Virus record (IMG/VR): IMGVR_UViG_3300012352_000657
Location: 1-27,154 of that record
DNA from: a virus
Lineage: Duplodnaviria > Caudoviricetes
Direction: 5' to 3' (one strand)
DNA length: 27,154 nucleotides
Below, one piece after another: positions 1-9,093 of the stretch; position 1 is the stretch's first letter; the number at the start of each line of letters is the position of its first letter. The position numbers and the translations under genes are program-made. Below the pieces are notes generated by a model, which was given only the letters and a program-made list of their open reading frames with translations, was not told the DNA's origin and did not search any database.

Positions 1-2
1 TA

Positions 3-143
3 AAGCCAGGTAGCAAAGCTGCTAATCGTAGAAAATCTTTCTGTGCTCGTATGGGCGGAATGAAGAAACGTTTAACATCAGCAAAGACTGCTAATGATCC
101 AGATTCAAGAATCAATAAAGCATTGAGAAAGTGGAATTGCTAA
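3..143 (+). CDS. 3' end of a conserved T4-like phage hypothetical protein (DUF6321-like), truncated by the window start
   Basis: Frame 3 reads KPGSKAANRRKSFCARMGGMKKRLTSAKTANDPDSRINKALRKWNC*. The RRKSFCARM...LRKWNC motif is recalled from T4-like phages. Confidence 0.7.
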   Translation, partial: KPGSKAANRRKSFCARMGGMKKRLTSAKTANDPDSRINKALRKWNC

Positions 144-163
144 TACAGTAATATACATACATT

Positions 164-763
164 ATGTGGATTATTTCGTCATTTCTTCCTGATTGGTTTA
201 TCACTTATTTTGTACACATCGTACTTGTAGTAGGATTAATTCTTACATTTGCAAGTACGATTGTCGCCAGATTACCAGTCATAAACACTTATGGTAAATT
301 AGTTAAACCAATTGGTGTTATCATTCTTGCAATTGGTATATACTTAGAGGGTGGATTAACTAACGAACTTGGTTGGAGATCTAAAGTAGCAGAGTTTGAA
401 AAGAAGATAAAAATAGCAGAAGCTAAATCAAATGAAGCTAATGTAAAAATAGTAGAAAAAGTAGTCACTAAAATACAAGTGATTAAGGATACATCAAATG
501 AAAACAAAAAAGCGATTAGTAAGTACGTTGGTGATAGCTGTGAGTTGTCTAATGCTGCAGTCGTGCTCCACGACAGTGCCAGTCAAAATGAACTTCCCCC
601 AAGCACCATCAATACTGTTAGAGGAACCTCCAAAGTTAAAGTGCCTGAACTGTTAACAACAGTTTCAGATAACTACGCAACATGTTACGAAACACGTGAG
701 AAGTTAAAAGCGTGGCAAGATTGGTATAAAACACAAAAAGAAATATTCCAGGATGTGAAATGA
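164..763 (+). CDS. Membrane-anchored Rz/i-spanin-like protein
   Basis: N-terminal hydrophobic segments, a coiled coil (KVAEFEKKIKIAEAKS), and C..VVLHDSA and NY.TC motifs. Overlaps a downstream lipoprotein gene. Confidence 0.5.
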   Translation: MWIISSFLPDWFITYFVHIVLVVGLILTFASTIVARLPVINTYGKLVKPIGVIILAIGIYLEGGLTNELGWRSKVAEFEKKIKIAEAKSNEANVKIVEKVVTKIQVIKDTSNENKKAISKYVGDSCELSNAAVVLHDSASQNELPPSTINTVRGTSKVKVPELLTTVSDNYATCYETREKLKAWQDWYKTQKEIFQDVK

Positions 764-1170
764 AAAAAGTATTAATGGCATTATCAATTGTTTTATTAAC
801 GGGTTGCAGTACATTACAAACTGCGTTTGATTCTTATTTCATGGCAAGATATGATAATCAAGAATACGTTTTGATAAATAAGATACGTACTACAGCTGAG
901 TTAGCTCAATCAGAGTGTGATAATTTTGCAAAAGCTAAAATAGAATTTACAAATTTGCAAAAATTAAATAAAGAATTTAAAAATTTTACTCAGTATATTC
1001 CTCGTAATCCAGAGGCATATAAACTAGCAGTACAAATGGAAGAGTTAATTAATCAAGGAAATAAATCCTATGATGATAAATCTTCAGTCTTTTTCTGTAA
1101 AGCAAAGTTTCAGCAGATCGAAAGAAATGCTGAAAAAATCCAAAAAGTCCTAGGGAGTAAGCCAAGATGA
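760..1170 (+). CDS. Lipoprotein (possible o-spanin)
   Basis: Signal peptide with lipobox MKKVLMALSIVLLTGC. ATGA overlap with the upstream gene. Confidence 0.6.
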   Translation: MKKVLMALSIVLLTGCSTLQTAFDSYFMARYDNQEYVLINKIRTTAELAQSECDNFAKAKIEFTNLQKLNKEFKNFTQYIPRNPEAYKLAVQMEELINQGNKSYDDKSSVFFCKAKFQQIERNAEKIQKVLGSKPR

Positions 1171-1373
1171 ATACCGCACAATTAGCAGAATACTATAATG
1201 AGTATACACAGGCTTACGAAAACGGGCAATGTTCTAAAGAAGAATACTTAAATTTACTTCGTGGTTTAGAAGTAGAAAAGGCAGTAGCTTCTACAACAGA
1301 AGAACTAGAATACAAAGAGCAACTAAACGTTGCAATCAACGCTGCAATATCAATAGTTTCAGCAGTAGCTTAA
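1167..1373 (+). CDS. Hypothetical protein
   Basis: ORF coupled to the upstream gene by an ATGA overlap. Confidence 0.65.
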   Translation: MNTAQLAEYYNEYTQAYENGQCSKEEYLNLLRGLEVEKAVASTTEELEYKEQLNVAINAAISIVSAVA

Positions 1374-1389
1374 TCCCGCAAAAATAATA

Positions 1390-1419
1390 GTGTACACCTA
1401 TGAATAGGTGTGGTATAAT
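1390..1419 (+). promoter_or_regulatory. T4 early-type promoter upstream of nrdA
   Basis: GTGTAC-N18-TATAAT with TGTGG extended -10. One of 10 identically spaced copies. Confidence 0.8.
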
Positions 1420-1449
1420 ATACTTCTGATCATTGGAGTTTGAATAATA

Positions 1450-3750
1450 ATGCAAAATATTAATGTAGTAAAGAAAGACGGGAAACAAGAACCGTTTGAC
1501 GTAAACAAGATCCATAAAGTTTTAGAATGGGCTACCGAAGAGATTAATGGCGTTTCAATTAGTGAAATTGAGTTAAAGTCAAACATCCAAATTAATAATG
1601 GCATGAAGACTGATGATATTCACGAGTTATTAATTAAGTCAGCTGCAGAACTTATTTCAGAGCAAACACCTAATTATCAGTATGTTGCTGCACGTTTAGT
1701 TAACTATAAACTACGTAAACAGGTTTATGGTGATTATACACCTTGGCCATTAATTAATATTATTAAACATAATATTAATAAAGGTGTTTATGATGCACAA
1801 GTTATTAGTGCATATGATGAGACTGAAATTGATTCATTAGATCGTTACATTAAACATGATCGTGATAATGAATTCACTTATGTTGGTATGGAACAATTTC
1901 GTGGAAAGTATTTAGTTCAAGACCGTAGTACTAAAACACCATATGAAACTCCACAAGTTCTATACATGTTAATTTCAATGACACTCTTTATGAGTTATCC
2001 TAAAGAAAGTCGTATGAAGTATGTAAAGGAATATTATGATGCTATCTCTCAATTCTATATTAGTCTACCTACCCCAATCATGGCAGGCGTTCGTACTCCT
2101 ACTCGTCAGTTTAGCTCTTGTGTGCTTATTGAGTCTGGTGATTCTTTGGACGCCATCAATTCAACGACGACTTCAATTGTCAGATATATTTCTAAAAAGG
2201 CTGGCATTGGGATCGGTGCTGGTTCTATTAGGGCTATCGGTAGTCGTATTGGTGACGGTTCAGTTGTTCACACCGGCTTAATTCCATTCCTTAAGTATTT
2301 CCAAGCAGCAGTTAAATCATGTTCACAAGGTGGTGTTCGTGGTGGTGCAGCTACAGTTTATATTCCAGTTTGGCATTTAGAATATGAGAACCTTATTGTA
2401 CTAAAGAATAATAAAGGTACAGAAGAAACTCGCGTACGCCATATGGATTACTGCTTCCAATTCAATAAGACAATGTATGAGCGTCTATTGACTGGTGGTA
2501 ACATTACACTATTCTCTCCAGATGAAGTACCCGATTTGTATGAAGCATTCTATTCAAATCAAGATAAATTTAAAGAATTATATACTGCTTATGAAGCTAA
2601 TAACAGTATCCGCAAAAAAGTATTACCAGCAATCGAAGTATTCTCTCAATTCTTAACAGAGCGTAAAGATACTGGTCGTATTTACTTAATGAACGTAGAT
2701 CATGCAAATAGTCACGGCTCTTTTATTCCAGAAGTAGCACCTATTCGTATGTCTAATTTATGTTGTGAAATTGACTTACCTACTAAATCATTAAATTCAG
2801 CGGAGGATGTAAATGGAGAAATTAGTTTGTGCACTTTGTCTGCCATCAACTGGGGACTTATCAACGATCCAAAAGAATTTGAAAAATACTGCGATCTCTC
2901 AGTCAGAGCGCTCGATGAGTTACTTGACTACCAAGCATATCCAGTCCCAGCAGCAGAACGTTCAACAAAGAATAGGCGCCCTCTTGGCATCGGCATCATC
3001 AACCTCGCATACTTCCTTGCAAAACGTGGATTAAAGTACGACGATAATGCTCTTGAAACTATTGATGAATATGCAGAAGCTTGGTCATACTATTTGATTA
3101 AAGCATCTAACACCTTAGCTAAAGAAAAAGGTGCATGTCCTAGTCATGGTGAAACAAAGTATTCATTGGGTATTACACCAAATAATACATATAAGAAAGA
3201 AGTAGATGAGTTAATTAGACACATTGAACGTCAAGATTGGAATACATTACGTTCAGATCTAAAAGAGTTTGGTGTACGTAACTCAACACTAATGGCTTTA
3301 ATGCCTGCTGAAACTAGCGCGCAGATAAGTAATAGTACAAATGGTATTGAACCTCCGCGCGCTTTAGTATCATTCAAACAATCTAAAGATGGTGTAATGG
3401 CTCAAGTAGTTCCAGGTTATCATAAGTTGAAGAATCAATATGATTTATTGTGGGATCAAAAATCACCAGAAGGTTACCTAAAGATTTGTGCAATATTGCA
3501 AAAATATATTGATCAAGGTATTTCTGTTAACACTTCATATAATCCTGAGAATTACGAAGACCATAAAGTACCAATGTCAGAACTAATTAAACATTTAGTT
3601 ATGTTTTATAAGTATGGTGGCAAACAATTGTATTATTTTAATACACATGATGGTGCTGGTGAAATGCACGAAAAAGAATTTAAAGAAATTGAAGAACAGT
3701 TATCTCAACCAGTTGATGGTGAAGAAGACTGTGAGTCATGCAAGATCTAA
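1450..3750 (+). CDS. nrdA: Ribonucleoside-diphosphate reductase class Ia alpha subunit
   Basis: N-terminal ATP-cone (VVKKDGKQEPFD), TRQFSSC, SNLCCEI, LYY and C-terminal CESC. No intein or intron seen. Confidence 0.98.
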   Translation: MQNINVVKKDGKQEPFDVNKIHKVLEWATEEINGVSISEIELKSNIQINNGMKTDDIHELLIKSAAELISEQTPNYQYVAARLVNYKLRKQVYGDYTPWPLINIIKHNINKGVYDAQVISAYDETEIDSLDRYIKHDRDNEFTYVGMEQFRGKYLVQDRSTKTPYETPQVLYMLISMTLFMSYPKESRMKYVKEYYDAISQFYISLPTPIMAGVRTPTRQFSSCVLIESGDSLDAINSTTTSIVRYISKKAGIGIGAGSIRAIGSRIGDGSVVHTGLIPFLKYFQAAVKSCSQGGVRGGAATVYIPVWHLEYENLIVLKNNKGTEETRVRHMDYCFQFNKTMYERLLTGGNITLFSPDEVPDLYEAFYSNQDKFKELYTAYEANNSIRKKVLPAIEVFSQFLTERKDTGRIYLMNVDHANSHGSFIPEVAPIRMSNLCCEIDLPTKSLNSAEDVNGEISLCTLSAINWGLINDPKEFEKYCDLSVRALDELLDYQAYPVPAAERSTKNRRPLGIGIINLAYFLAKRGLKYDDNALETIDEYAEAWSYYLIKASNTLAKEKGACPSHGETKYSLGITPNNTYKKEVDELIRHIERQDWNTLRSDLKEFGVRNSTLMALMPAETSAQISNSTNGIEPPRALVSFKQSKDGVMAQVVPGYHKLKNQYDLLWDQKSPEGYLKICAILQKYIDQGISVNTSYNPENYEDHKVPMSELIKHLVMFYKYGGKQLYYFNTHDGAGEMHEKEFKEIEEQLSQPVDGEEDCESCKI

Positions 3751-3896
3751 AACAATTAGTTCAAAGTAGATATGACATATGCAAAACATGTGCTCATTCT
3801 ACTAAAGAACGTATTGAAAAATGTAATAAATGTGGATGTGTAGTGTTGTTTAAGATAATACCTCCATCAAGCAAATGTCCAATAGGAAAATGGTAA
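3738..3896 (+). CDS. Small Cys-rich protein (DUF6171-like), 52 aa
   Basis: MQDLKQLVQSRYDICKTCAHSTKERIEKCNKCGCVVLFKIIPPSSKCPIGKW*. Fills the nrdA-nrdB gap, and its stop abuts the nrdB ATG. Confidence 0.75.
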   Translation: MQDLKQLVQSRYDICKTCAHSTKERIEKCNKCGCVVLFKIIPPSSKCPIGKW

Positions 3897-5018
3897 ATGT
3901 CAGTATTTAAGTTAAAAACAAAAAGTCATTTAGAATCACCAATGTTTTTTGGTGAGTCAGTTGATATCGCTCGCTATGATACTGTTCGTTATGGTCAATT
4001 TGAAAAGATTACAGATAAACAATTAGGTTTCTTTTGGCGTCCAGAAGAAGTAGATTTATCAAAAGATAGAAAAGATTTTGATGATCTAAACGACTTTGAG
4101 CAACATATCTTTACATCGAATCTGAAGCGCCAAATCCTTTTGGATTCAGTTCAAGGTAGATCTCCTAACCTAGCGTTCTTACCAGTAGCATCAGTGCCTG
4201 AGTTAGAAGTGATGGTAGAGACATGGGCGTTCTTTGAAACAATTCACTCTAGATCATATACACATATTATTAGAAACATTTACGCTAATCCATCTATTGT
4301 GTTTGATGAGATTAAAACTATTCAACCAATTTTAGATTGTGCTGAAGATATTTCTAAATACTATGACGACTTTATTTCATATTCACGCTATTATGAATTA
4401 CTAGGTGTTGGTAAACATACGATTAATGACGAAACAATTACTATTGATATGTATGAACTCAAGAAGAGGTTATTCATGTGCTTAATGAGTGTATACATAC
4501 TCGAAGGTATTCGTTTCTATGTTTCATTTGCTTGTTCATGGGCGTTTGCTGAGTTGAAGAAAATGGAAGGCAACGCTAAAGTAATTAAGTTTATTGCTAG
4601 AGATGAGAATACTCACCTTGCTGGTAGTACTTCTATCATTAAACATCTTATTAAAGACGATCCTGACTTTGCGAAGATTCGCCAGGAAACTGAAAAAGAA
4701 GTTAATGATATGTTTGTTAGTGCTATTGAACAAGAAAAAGAATGGGCTAAATACTTGTTTAAAGATGGCTCAATGATTGGTTTGAATGAGAAACTATTAG
4801 GTGACTATGTTGAGTGGATTGGTTGCCGTCGTATGAGAACTCTATCATATCATTGCCCATATAGTGTATCACAATCTAATCCATTGCCTTGGACAGAAAA
4901 ATGGATTGGTGGCGGTAACGTGCAAGTTGCTCCACAAGAAACAGAAATTACAAGTTATGTTAATGGCGGCGTTAAACAAGACGTATCAGCAGAAACAATG
5001 AAAGGTTTATCATTATGA
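3897..5018 (+). CDS. nrdB: Ribonucleotide reductase class Ia beta subunit
   Basis: FFWRPEEVD, FETIHSRSY (radical Tyr), LEGIRFYVSF, RDENTH, VAPQETEITSY. Confidence 0.98.
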   Translation: MSVFKLKTKSHLESPMFFGESVDIARYDTVRYGQFEKITDKQLGFFWRPEEVDLSKDRKDFDDLNDFEQHIFTSNLKRQILLDSVQGRSPNLAFLPVASVPELEVMVETWAFFETIHSRSYTHIIRNIYANPSIVFDEIKTIQPILDCAEDISKYYDDFISYSRYYELLGVGKHTINDETITIDMYELKKRLFMCLMSVYILEGIRFYVSFACSWAFAELKKMEGNAKVIKFIARDENTHLAGSTSIIKHLIKDDPDFAKIRQETEKEVNDMFVSAIEQEKEWAKYLFKDGSMIGLNEKLLGDYVEWIGCRRMRTLSYHCPYSVSQSNPLPWTEKWIGGGNVQVAPQETEITSYVNGGVKQDVSAETMKGLSL

Positions 5019-5248
5019 TTGTAGTTTATTCTAAGACTGTATGTCCATATTGTGTACAAGCAAAGAATTTATTAAAGTCAAAAGGTATTGAGTTTACTGA
5101 AGTCAATATCGAAACAAATGCAGCAGGTCGTGATTACTTAGTAGAAAGATCACTGCGCTCAGTCCCACAAATCTTCGATGGCGAATTGCACATTGGTGGA
5201 TTTGATAAACTTCAAACATGGTTAGAATTAAAAGATCAAAGTTTATGA
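5015..5248 (+). CDS. nrdC: Glutaredoxin
   Basis: CPYC, SVPQIF and IGGF motifs. Directly follows nrdB. Confidence 0.9.
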   Translation: MIVVYSKTVCPYCVQAKNLLKSKGIEFTEVNIETNAAGRDYLVERSLRSVPQIFDGELHIGGFDKLQTWLELKDQSL

Positions 5249-5418
5249 CAAAGAAAAGTTTTGAATGTAAAGAATGTAGTTGCGAAGCTACAATAGAATA
5301 TAGCTATGATGATGTTGGTGAGCATCCGCTCTATTGTCCGTTCTGTGGAAACACATATATAGAAGAGGAACTAGACGAAATGGAGTATCCTCACAATGAC
5401 ATGGATGATGAATGGTAA
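5245..5418 (+). CDS. Small zinc-ribbon protein with acidic tail
   Basis: CKEC...YCPFCG. Start moved to the ATG overlapping the glutaredoxin stop. Confidence 0.75.
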   Translation: MTKKSFECKECSCEATIEYSYDDVGEHPLYCPFCGNTYIEEELDEMEYPHNDMDDEW

Positions 5419-5812
5419 CGAGTTTGAACTTGGTGAAAATACTCACAAAGAAATTTATGGATTTGTTTATCTAATCACTTGCAAAAAGACTAATAAACAA
5501 TATATTGGTAAAAAGTTCTTTTGGTCAAGTAAAACAAAAACAATTAAAGGCAAGAAAAAAAGATCTAAAGTAGAATCAGATTGGAAAGATTACTTTGGAT
5601 CTAATAAAGTTCTCATTGAAGACGTAAAGGTTAATGGGAAAGATAATTATACTCGCGAGATCTTGCACTTATGTAAGACTAAAGGCGAATGTAATTATTT
5701 AGAAGCATACGAACAATTTACTCGCAAAGTATTAATTGGTGAAGATTATTACAATGAGTGGATTATGGTGAAAGTTCATCGCTCGCACATTAAAGGTTTA
5801 CAACGAGCATAA
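5396..5812 (+). CDS. GIY-YIG nuclease, T4 endonuclease II (DenA)-like
   Basis: YGFVYLIT...QYIGKK, ESDWKDYFGS, REILHLC and YYNEWI motifs. Confidence 0.8.
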   Translation: MTWMMNGNEFELGENTHKEIYGFVYLITCKKTNKQYIGKKFFWSSKTKTIKGKKKRSKVESDWKDYFGSNKVLIEDVKVNGKDNYTREILHLCKTKGECNYLEAYEQFTRKVLIGEDYYNEWIMVKVHRSHIKGLQRA

Positions 5813-5825
5813 CATGTGATATAAT
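5796..5825 (+). promoter_or_regulatory. Early-type promoter upstream of rnh
   Basis: GTTTACAACGAG...TGTGATATAAT. Confidence 0.85.
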
Positions 5826-5834
5826 GGATATACT

Positions 5835-6686
5835 ATGATAATTATTGACTTCTCACAAATCTCTATTGCCTCTTTTATGGCTCAGCCTGATGCTGAGTTA
5901 TCTGAGAATTTCTTACGCCACATGATTTTAAATTCTATCCGTATGTACAATAAAAAGTACAAGGATGATTATGGTCAAATGGTCATTGCATGCGATGGTG
6001 CCAATTCATGGCGTAAGCGTGTATTCCCTCAATACAAAGCCCACCGTAAAAAAGCTCGTGCTGAGTCTTCTATGGACTGGGAATTATTCTTCACATATTT
6101 AAATCAAATCAGAGAAGAAATCAAAGAGAACTTACCATATAAGTTTGTGCATATCGAAGGTGTTGAAGCCGATGATGTTATTGGTACGCTTGTAGAACAA
6201 ACACAAGAATTTGGTAAAGCAGAACCTGTAATGATTATCTCATCTGATAAAGATTTTATTCAACTACAGAAGTATAAGAATGTCAAACAATTCTCACCAA
6301 TCCAAAAGAAATTGGTTACGGACGCCAACCCTCATCTCTACCTCTTTGAGCATACTATTCGTGGTGATAAAGGTGATGGTATACCTAATATTCTTTCTCC
6401 CGATAACGCTATCGTCGAAGGTTTACGCCAAAGTCCAATCACTCAGAAAAAGATAGACGCGTGGTTAGCTAAAGCAGAAGATCTTAAATCTGCTATGGAT
6501 ATAGAAACATATCGTAACTATCAACGTAATCAACAACTGATCGACCTATCTTTGATCCCACAAGACATTAAAGATAACATTATAAATACATATGAATCAC
6601 ATGTACTTCCTCCACGTGCACGTATTCTTGATTACTTAATTAAGAAACGTTGTAGACTATTAGTTGAATCAGTTGGTGAATTTTAA
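5835..6686 (+). CDS. rnh: T4-type RNase H (5'-3' exonuclease, FEN family)
   Basis: IIIDFSQI, SWRK..FPQYKAHR, EADDVIG, SSDKDFIQL, GDKGDGIPN. Confidence 0.93.
   Translation: MIIIDFSQISIASFMAQPDAELSENFLRHMILNSIRMYNKKYKDDYGQMVIACDGANSWRKRVFPQYKAHRKKARAESSMDWELFFTYLNQIREEIKENLPYKFVHIEGVEADDVIGTLVEQTQEFGKAEPVMIISSDKDFIQLQKYKNVKQFSPIQKKLVTDANPHLYLFEHTIRGDKGDGIPNILSPDNAIVEGLRQSPITQKKIDAWLAKAEDLKSAMDIETYRNYQRNQQLIDLSLIPQDIKDNIINTYESHVLPPRARILDYLIKKRCRLLVESVGEF
6581..6588 (+). promoter_or_regulatory. T4 late promoter consensus TATAAATA within the 3' end of rnh
   Basis: Exact octamer about 100 nt upstream of the next gene. Could be chance in AT-rich DNA. Confidence 0.45.
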
Positions 6687-7120
6687 TGGGTAAAAGAATA
6701 TTAGTTTCAGAAGTTTTAGAGCAAGTAGCTAAGGCTGAAACGCGTAAAGAAAAACTGGAAATTCTTAGAAAGAATAATTCCTTAGAACTTAGAGACGTTT
6801 TAAAAGGCGCCTTTGATGAGTCTATTGAATTTATTCTTCCAAAGGGTAAACCTGACATTGATGAGAAAGAAAAAAAGAAGTACGATAAAACACACTTAGT
6901 GCATGAAACTAAGAAGTTCCGTTACTTTGTTAAAGGTGGTCCAGGCGATCAGGTTAACGCATTAAGACGTGAACGTATGTTTATTGATATGTTATACCGA
7001 ATTGATACACGAGAAGCTGAACTTATATGTCTTATGAAAGATAAAGAACTTGAAGGTGTTTATAAAGGTTTAAACAAAAAATTAGTCTCAGAGGCATTCC
7101 CAGGATTAATTTTTAAATAA
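6686..7120 (+). CDS. Conserved T4-like hypothetical protein following rnh
   Basis: ISEVL..V.K, LP.G.P, RRERMFIDML and LV.EAFP motifs typical of this locus. Confidence 0.75.
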   Translation: MGKRILVSEVLEQVAKAETRKEKLEILRKNNSLELRDVLKGAFDESIEFILPKGKPDIDEKEKKKYDKTHLVHETKKFRYFVKGGPGDQVNALRRERMFIDMLYRIDTREAELICLMKDKELEGVYKGLNKKLVSEAFPGLIFK

Positions 7121-7152
7121 ATAACTGTATGGGACATACCATACAACTACAT

Positions 7153-7184
7153 AAAAGCTCGATCTTAAATGATCGGGCTTTTTT
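7153..7184 (+). terminator. Rho-independent terminator
   Basis: AAAAGCTCGATC-ttaaat-GATCGGGCTTTTTT. Confidence 0.8.
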
Positions 7185-7258
7185 CGCTTTAAGGAGACTG
7201 CATATAGATTAAACTCTACATTATGTGATTTTATTAATGTACACTTATAGGAGAACTT

Positions 7259-7432
7259 ATGGTTCCTTTCCAATTAGAAAAACTTAAAAAAGATTCACGA
7301 GACCTAGAACATTTTATAGCAAGAATGAAAAAGGAGGGAAGAAGCGACAAAGCATCGCAACTTCTGATGAAAAAAGCACATATAGATTCGTACATCGAAA
7401 AAATTACAGAACAAGAGTTTAACTACCATTAA
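7259..7432 (+). CDS. Small hypothetical protein, 57 aa (not in ORF track)
   Basis: SD AGGAGA at 7249. MVPFQLEKLKKDSRDLEHFIARMKKEGRSDKASQLLMKKAHIDSYIEKITEQEFNYH*. Confidence 0.75.
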   Translation: MVPFQLEKLKKDSRDLEHFIARMKKEGRSDKASQLLMKKAHIDSYIEKITEQEFNYH

Positions 7433-7452
7433 AGGCAGGTGATCCATATCTC

Positions 7453-7478
7453 GGCACAGAGACTTCGGTCTCTGTGTT
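7453..7478 (+). terminator. cUUCGg tetraloop hairpin (terminator or stability element)
   Basis: GGCACAGAGAC-TTCG-GTCTCTGTGTT with a weak U tail. Confidence 0.7.
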
Positions 7479-7522
7479 CGTTTCTAATACCCGACTAATT
7501 TAGTCAACTATTACACAAAACG

Positions 7523-7552
7523 GTGTACTTTTACAAAGATCTGTGGTATAAT
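7523..7552 (+). promoter_or_regulatory. Early-type promoter
   Basis: GTGTAC-N18-TATAAT with TGTGG extended -10. Confidence 0.8.
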
Positions 7553-7584
7553 AGACTTTTAAAGGAAAAATTGAGAATAATATA

Positions 7585-7938
7585 ATGGCTATTATATACA
7601 CTAATCAAAAATCTAAAAAGAAAAAGAATTTAACTCCTAAACAAAAGGAATTAAAAGCTTCATGGGAAAAGATAATGGCTAAATATGAGCCTAAAAAGAA
7701 AGTTAATATTAAGAAAGATAATAATTTAAGTAGTAATTATAAATTATCTGTTCCTCCAGGACGAGAAACACCTCATTATCCAAGTCTTAATACTAACCAT
7801 AATGATACATTCAGAAGAGATATACCAACGTATACAGGCACTAAGATGATTGGTATTGGTACTCTCCATAAGTCTAATGCAGTACCCGTCTTCAGTGATC
7901 AGGAGGCCTCTGAGATGGCCAGAATGAGGCGAGGATAA
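7585..7938 (+). CDS. Conserved T4-like basic hypothetical protein
   Basis: YTGTKMIGIGTLHKSNAVPVF...MARMRR motif. Confidence 0.75.
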   Translation: MAIIYTNQKSKKKKNLTPKQKELKASWEKIMAKYEPKKKVNIKKDNNLSSNYKLSVPPGRETPHYPSLNTNHNDTFRRDIPTYTGTKMIGIGTLHKSNAVPVFSDQEASEMARMRRG

Positions 7939-7998
7939 ACCCTTACAAATCAACAACTTATGATTATTTTAAAAACCCTTATAAATCAATAACTTATG
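7937..7998. repeat. Two 26-bp direct repeats, each containing an IHF consensus
   Basis: AAACCCTTACAAATCAACAACTTATG (7937-7962) and AAACCCTTATAAATCAATAACTTATG (7973-7998). Both match WATCAANNNNTTR. Confidence 0.75.
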
Positions 7999-8030
7999 TG
8001 TTTCATGATATGAAATAGGCCGCTGAATTT

Positions 8031-8060
8031 GTTTACAAATACCCGCTGTTGTGATATAAT
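8031..8060 (+). promoter_or_regulatory. Early-type promoter
   Basis: GTTTACA...TGTGATATAAT. Confidence 0.85.
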
Positions 8061-8092
8061 ATTCTTATACAGTGAAAAAAGGAATGATTAAT

Positions 8093-8281
8093 ATGATGAC
8101 AAATGATAGAGCTTTAGATATAGTACAAAAAATGGCTAGTGATAGAAACACTGGTGTTTTAGAAGTATTAAAAGAATACGATAAGTATAGCGTTGATGGT
8201 GAAGCTCCGCACTTTTGGCCTGACGAAAACACAGCATGTAGAGTAGCTATGGAAGGTTTTAGAAAATTATTTGCGGGATGA
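8093..8281 (+). CDS. Hypothetical protein
   Basis: SD AAAGGA upstream of ATG 8093, downstream of a promoter. Confidence 0.65.
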   Translation: MMTNDRALDIVQKMASDRNTGVLEVLKEYDKYSVDGEAPHFWPDENTACRVAMEGFRKLFAG

Positions 8282-8284
8282 TAA

Positions 8285-8410
8285 ATGAAAAGATATGCGT
8301 TGATTAATATTGAAGGTGATTGTAGAGTTTATAATGTTTTAGCATGTGCTGAAATGTACCAAAAAATATTTGGCGGCGTGATTAGAGAGATAAACATTGG
8401 ATTTGAATAA
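8285..8410 (+). CDS. Small hypothetical protein, 41 aa (not in ORF track)
   Basis: MKRYALINIEGDCRVYNVLACAEMYQKIFGGVIREINIGFE*, fills the intergenic gap. Confidence 0.6.
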   Translation: MKRYALINIEGDCRVYNVLACAEMYQKIFGGVIREINIGFE

Positions 8411-8420
8411 AGGATATATT

Positions 8421-8807
8421 ATGGGTTTAGATATGTACGCTTTTTCTGTAGCAAAAGAAAATGCAATTAGTGATTTTGAATGTAGAACTGAAAATGATAA
8501 TGGCGATCAAAAAGAACTTATGTATTGGCGTAAGTTTAATGCGCTTCAAGGTTGGATGGAAGACTTATATCGTGCCAAAGGTGGCACTGTTGAATCTTTC
8601 AATTGTGTAGCAGTTCGTTTAACACAAGAAGATTTGAATGAATTAGAACATGCACTAATTGAAAACAAATTAGAACCACGTGAGGGGTTTTTCTTTGGAT
8701 CTCAAGAAATAAATGAGTTACACATTAAAGCAACATATGAGTTTATTGCTAAAGCACATGAAGCGATAAACGAAGGTCGTGAAGTTTACTACGATTCATG
8801 GTGGTAA
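8421..8807 (+). CDS. MGLDMY-family phage hypothetical protein
   Basis: MGLDMY...YWRKFNALQGW...GFFFGS...YYDSWW, SD AAGGA. Confidence 0.75.
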   Translation: MGLDMYAFSVAKENAISDFECRTENDNGDQKELMYWRKFNALQGWMEDLYRAKGGTVESFNCVAVRLTQEDLNELEHALIENKLEPREGFFFGSQEINELHIKATYEFIAKAHEAINEGREVYYDSWW

Positions 8808-8808
8808 G

Positions 8809-9093
8809 ATGATAGACTTTATATTACATACATTCGATTGGATCAAAGATGATTGGAAGAGTCATAAACTACGTTTTTGTGTTGAACTGCTTGCTTGGGC
8901 TATTAGCATTGGTTGCTCTATCACTATGGCACTCACCGTTCCAAATCCACCTCTTATCGTCTTATACCCTGTTTGGATTGCCGGTTGCGCTATGTATGCT
9001 TGGGCTAGTTATACTCGTAAATCATTTGGTATGCTTGCTAACTATATTCTTCTCACAACAATCGACACAATTGGATTAATAAGGATGCTATAA
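8809..9093 (+). CDS. Small membrane protein
   Basis: About three hydrophobic segments. ATG 2 nt after the previous stop. Confidence 0.7.
   Translation: MIDFILHTFDWIKDDWKSHKLRFCVELLAWAISIGCSITMALTVPNPPLIVLYPVWIAGCAMYAWASYTRKSFGMLANYILLTTIDTIGLIRML

Noticed and set aside
1450-5018. Introns or inteins in nrdA/nrdB
   Set aside because: Both ORFs are continuous and of normal class Ia length.
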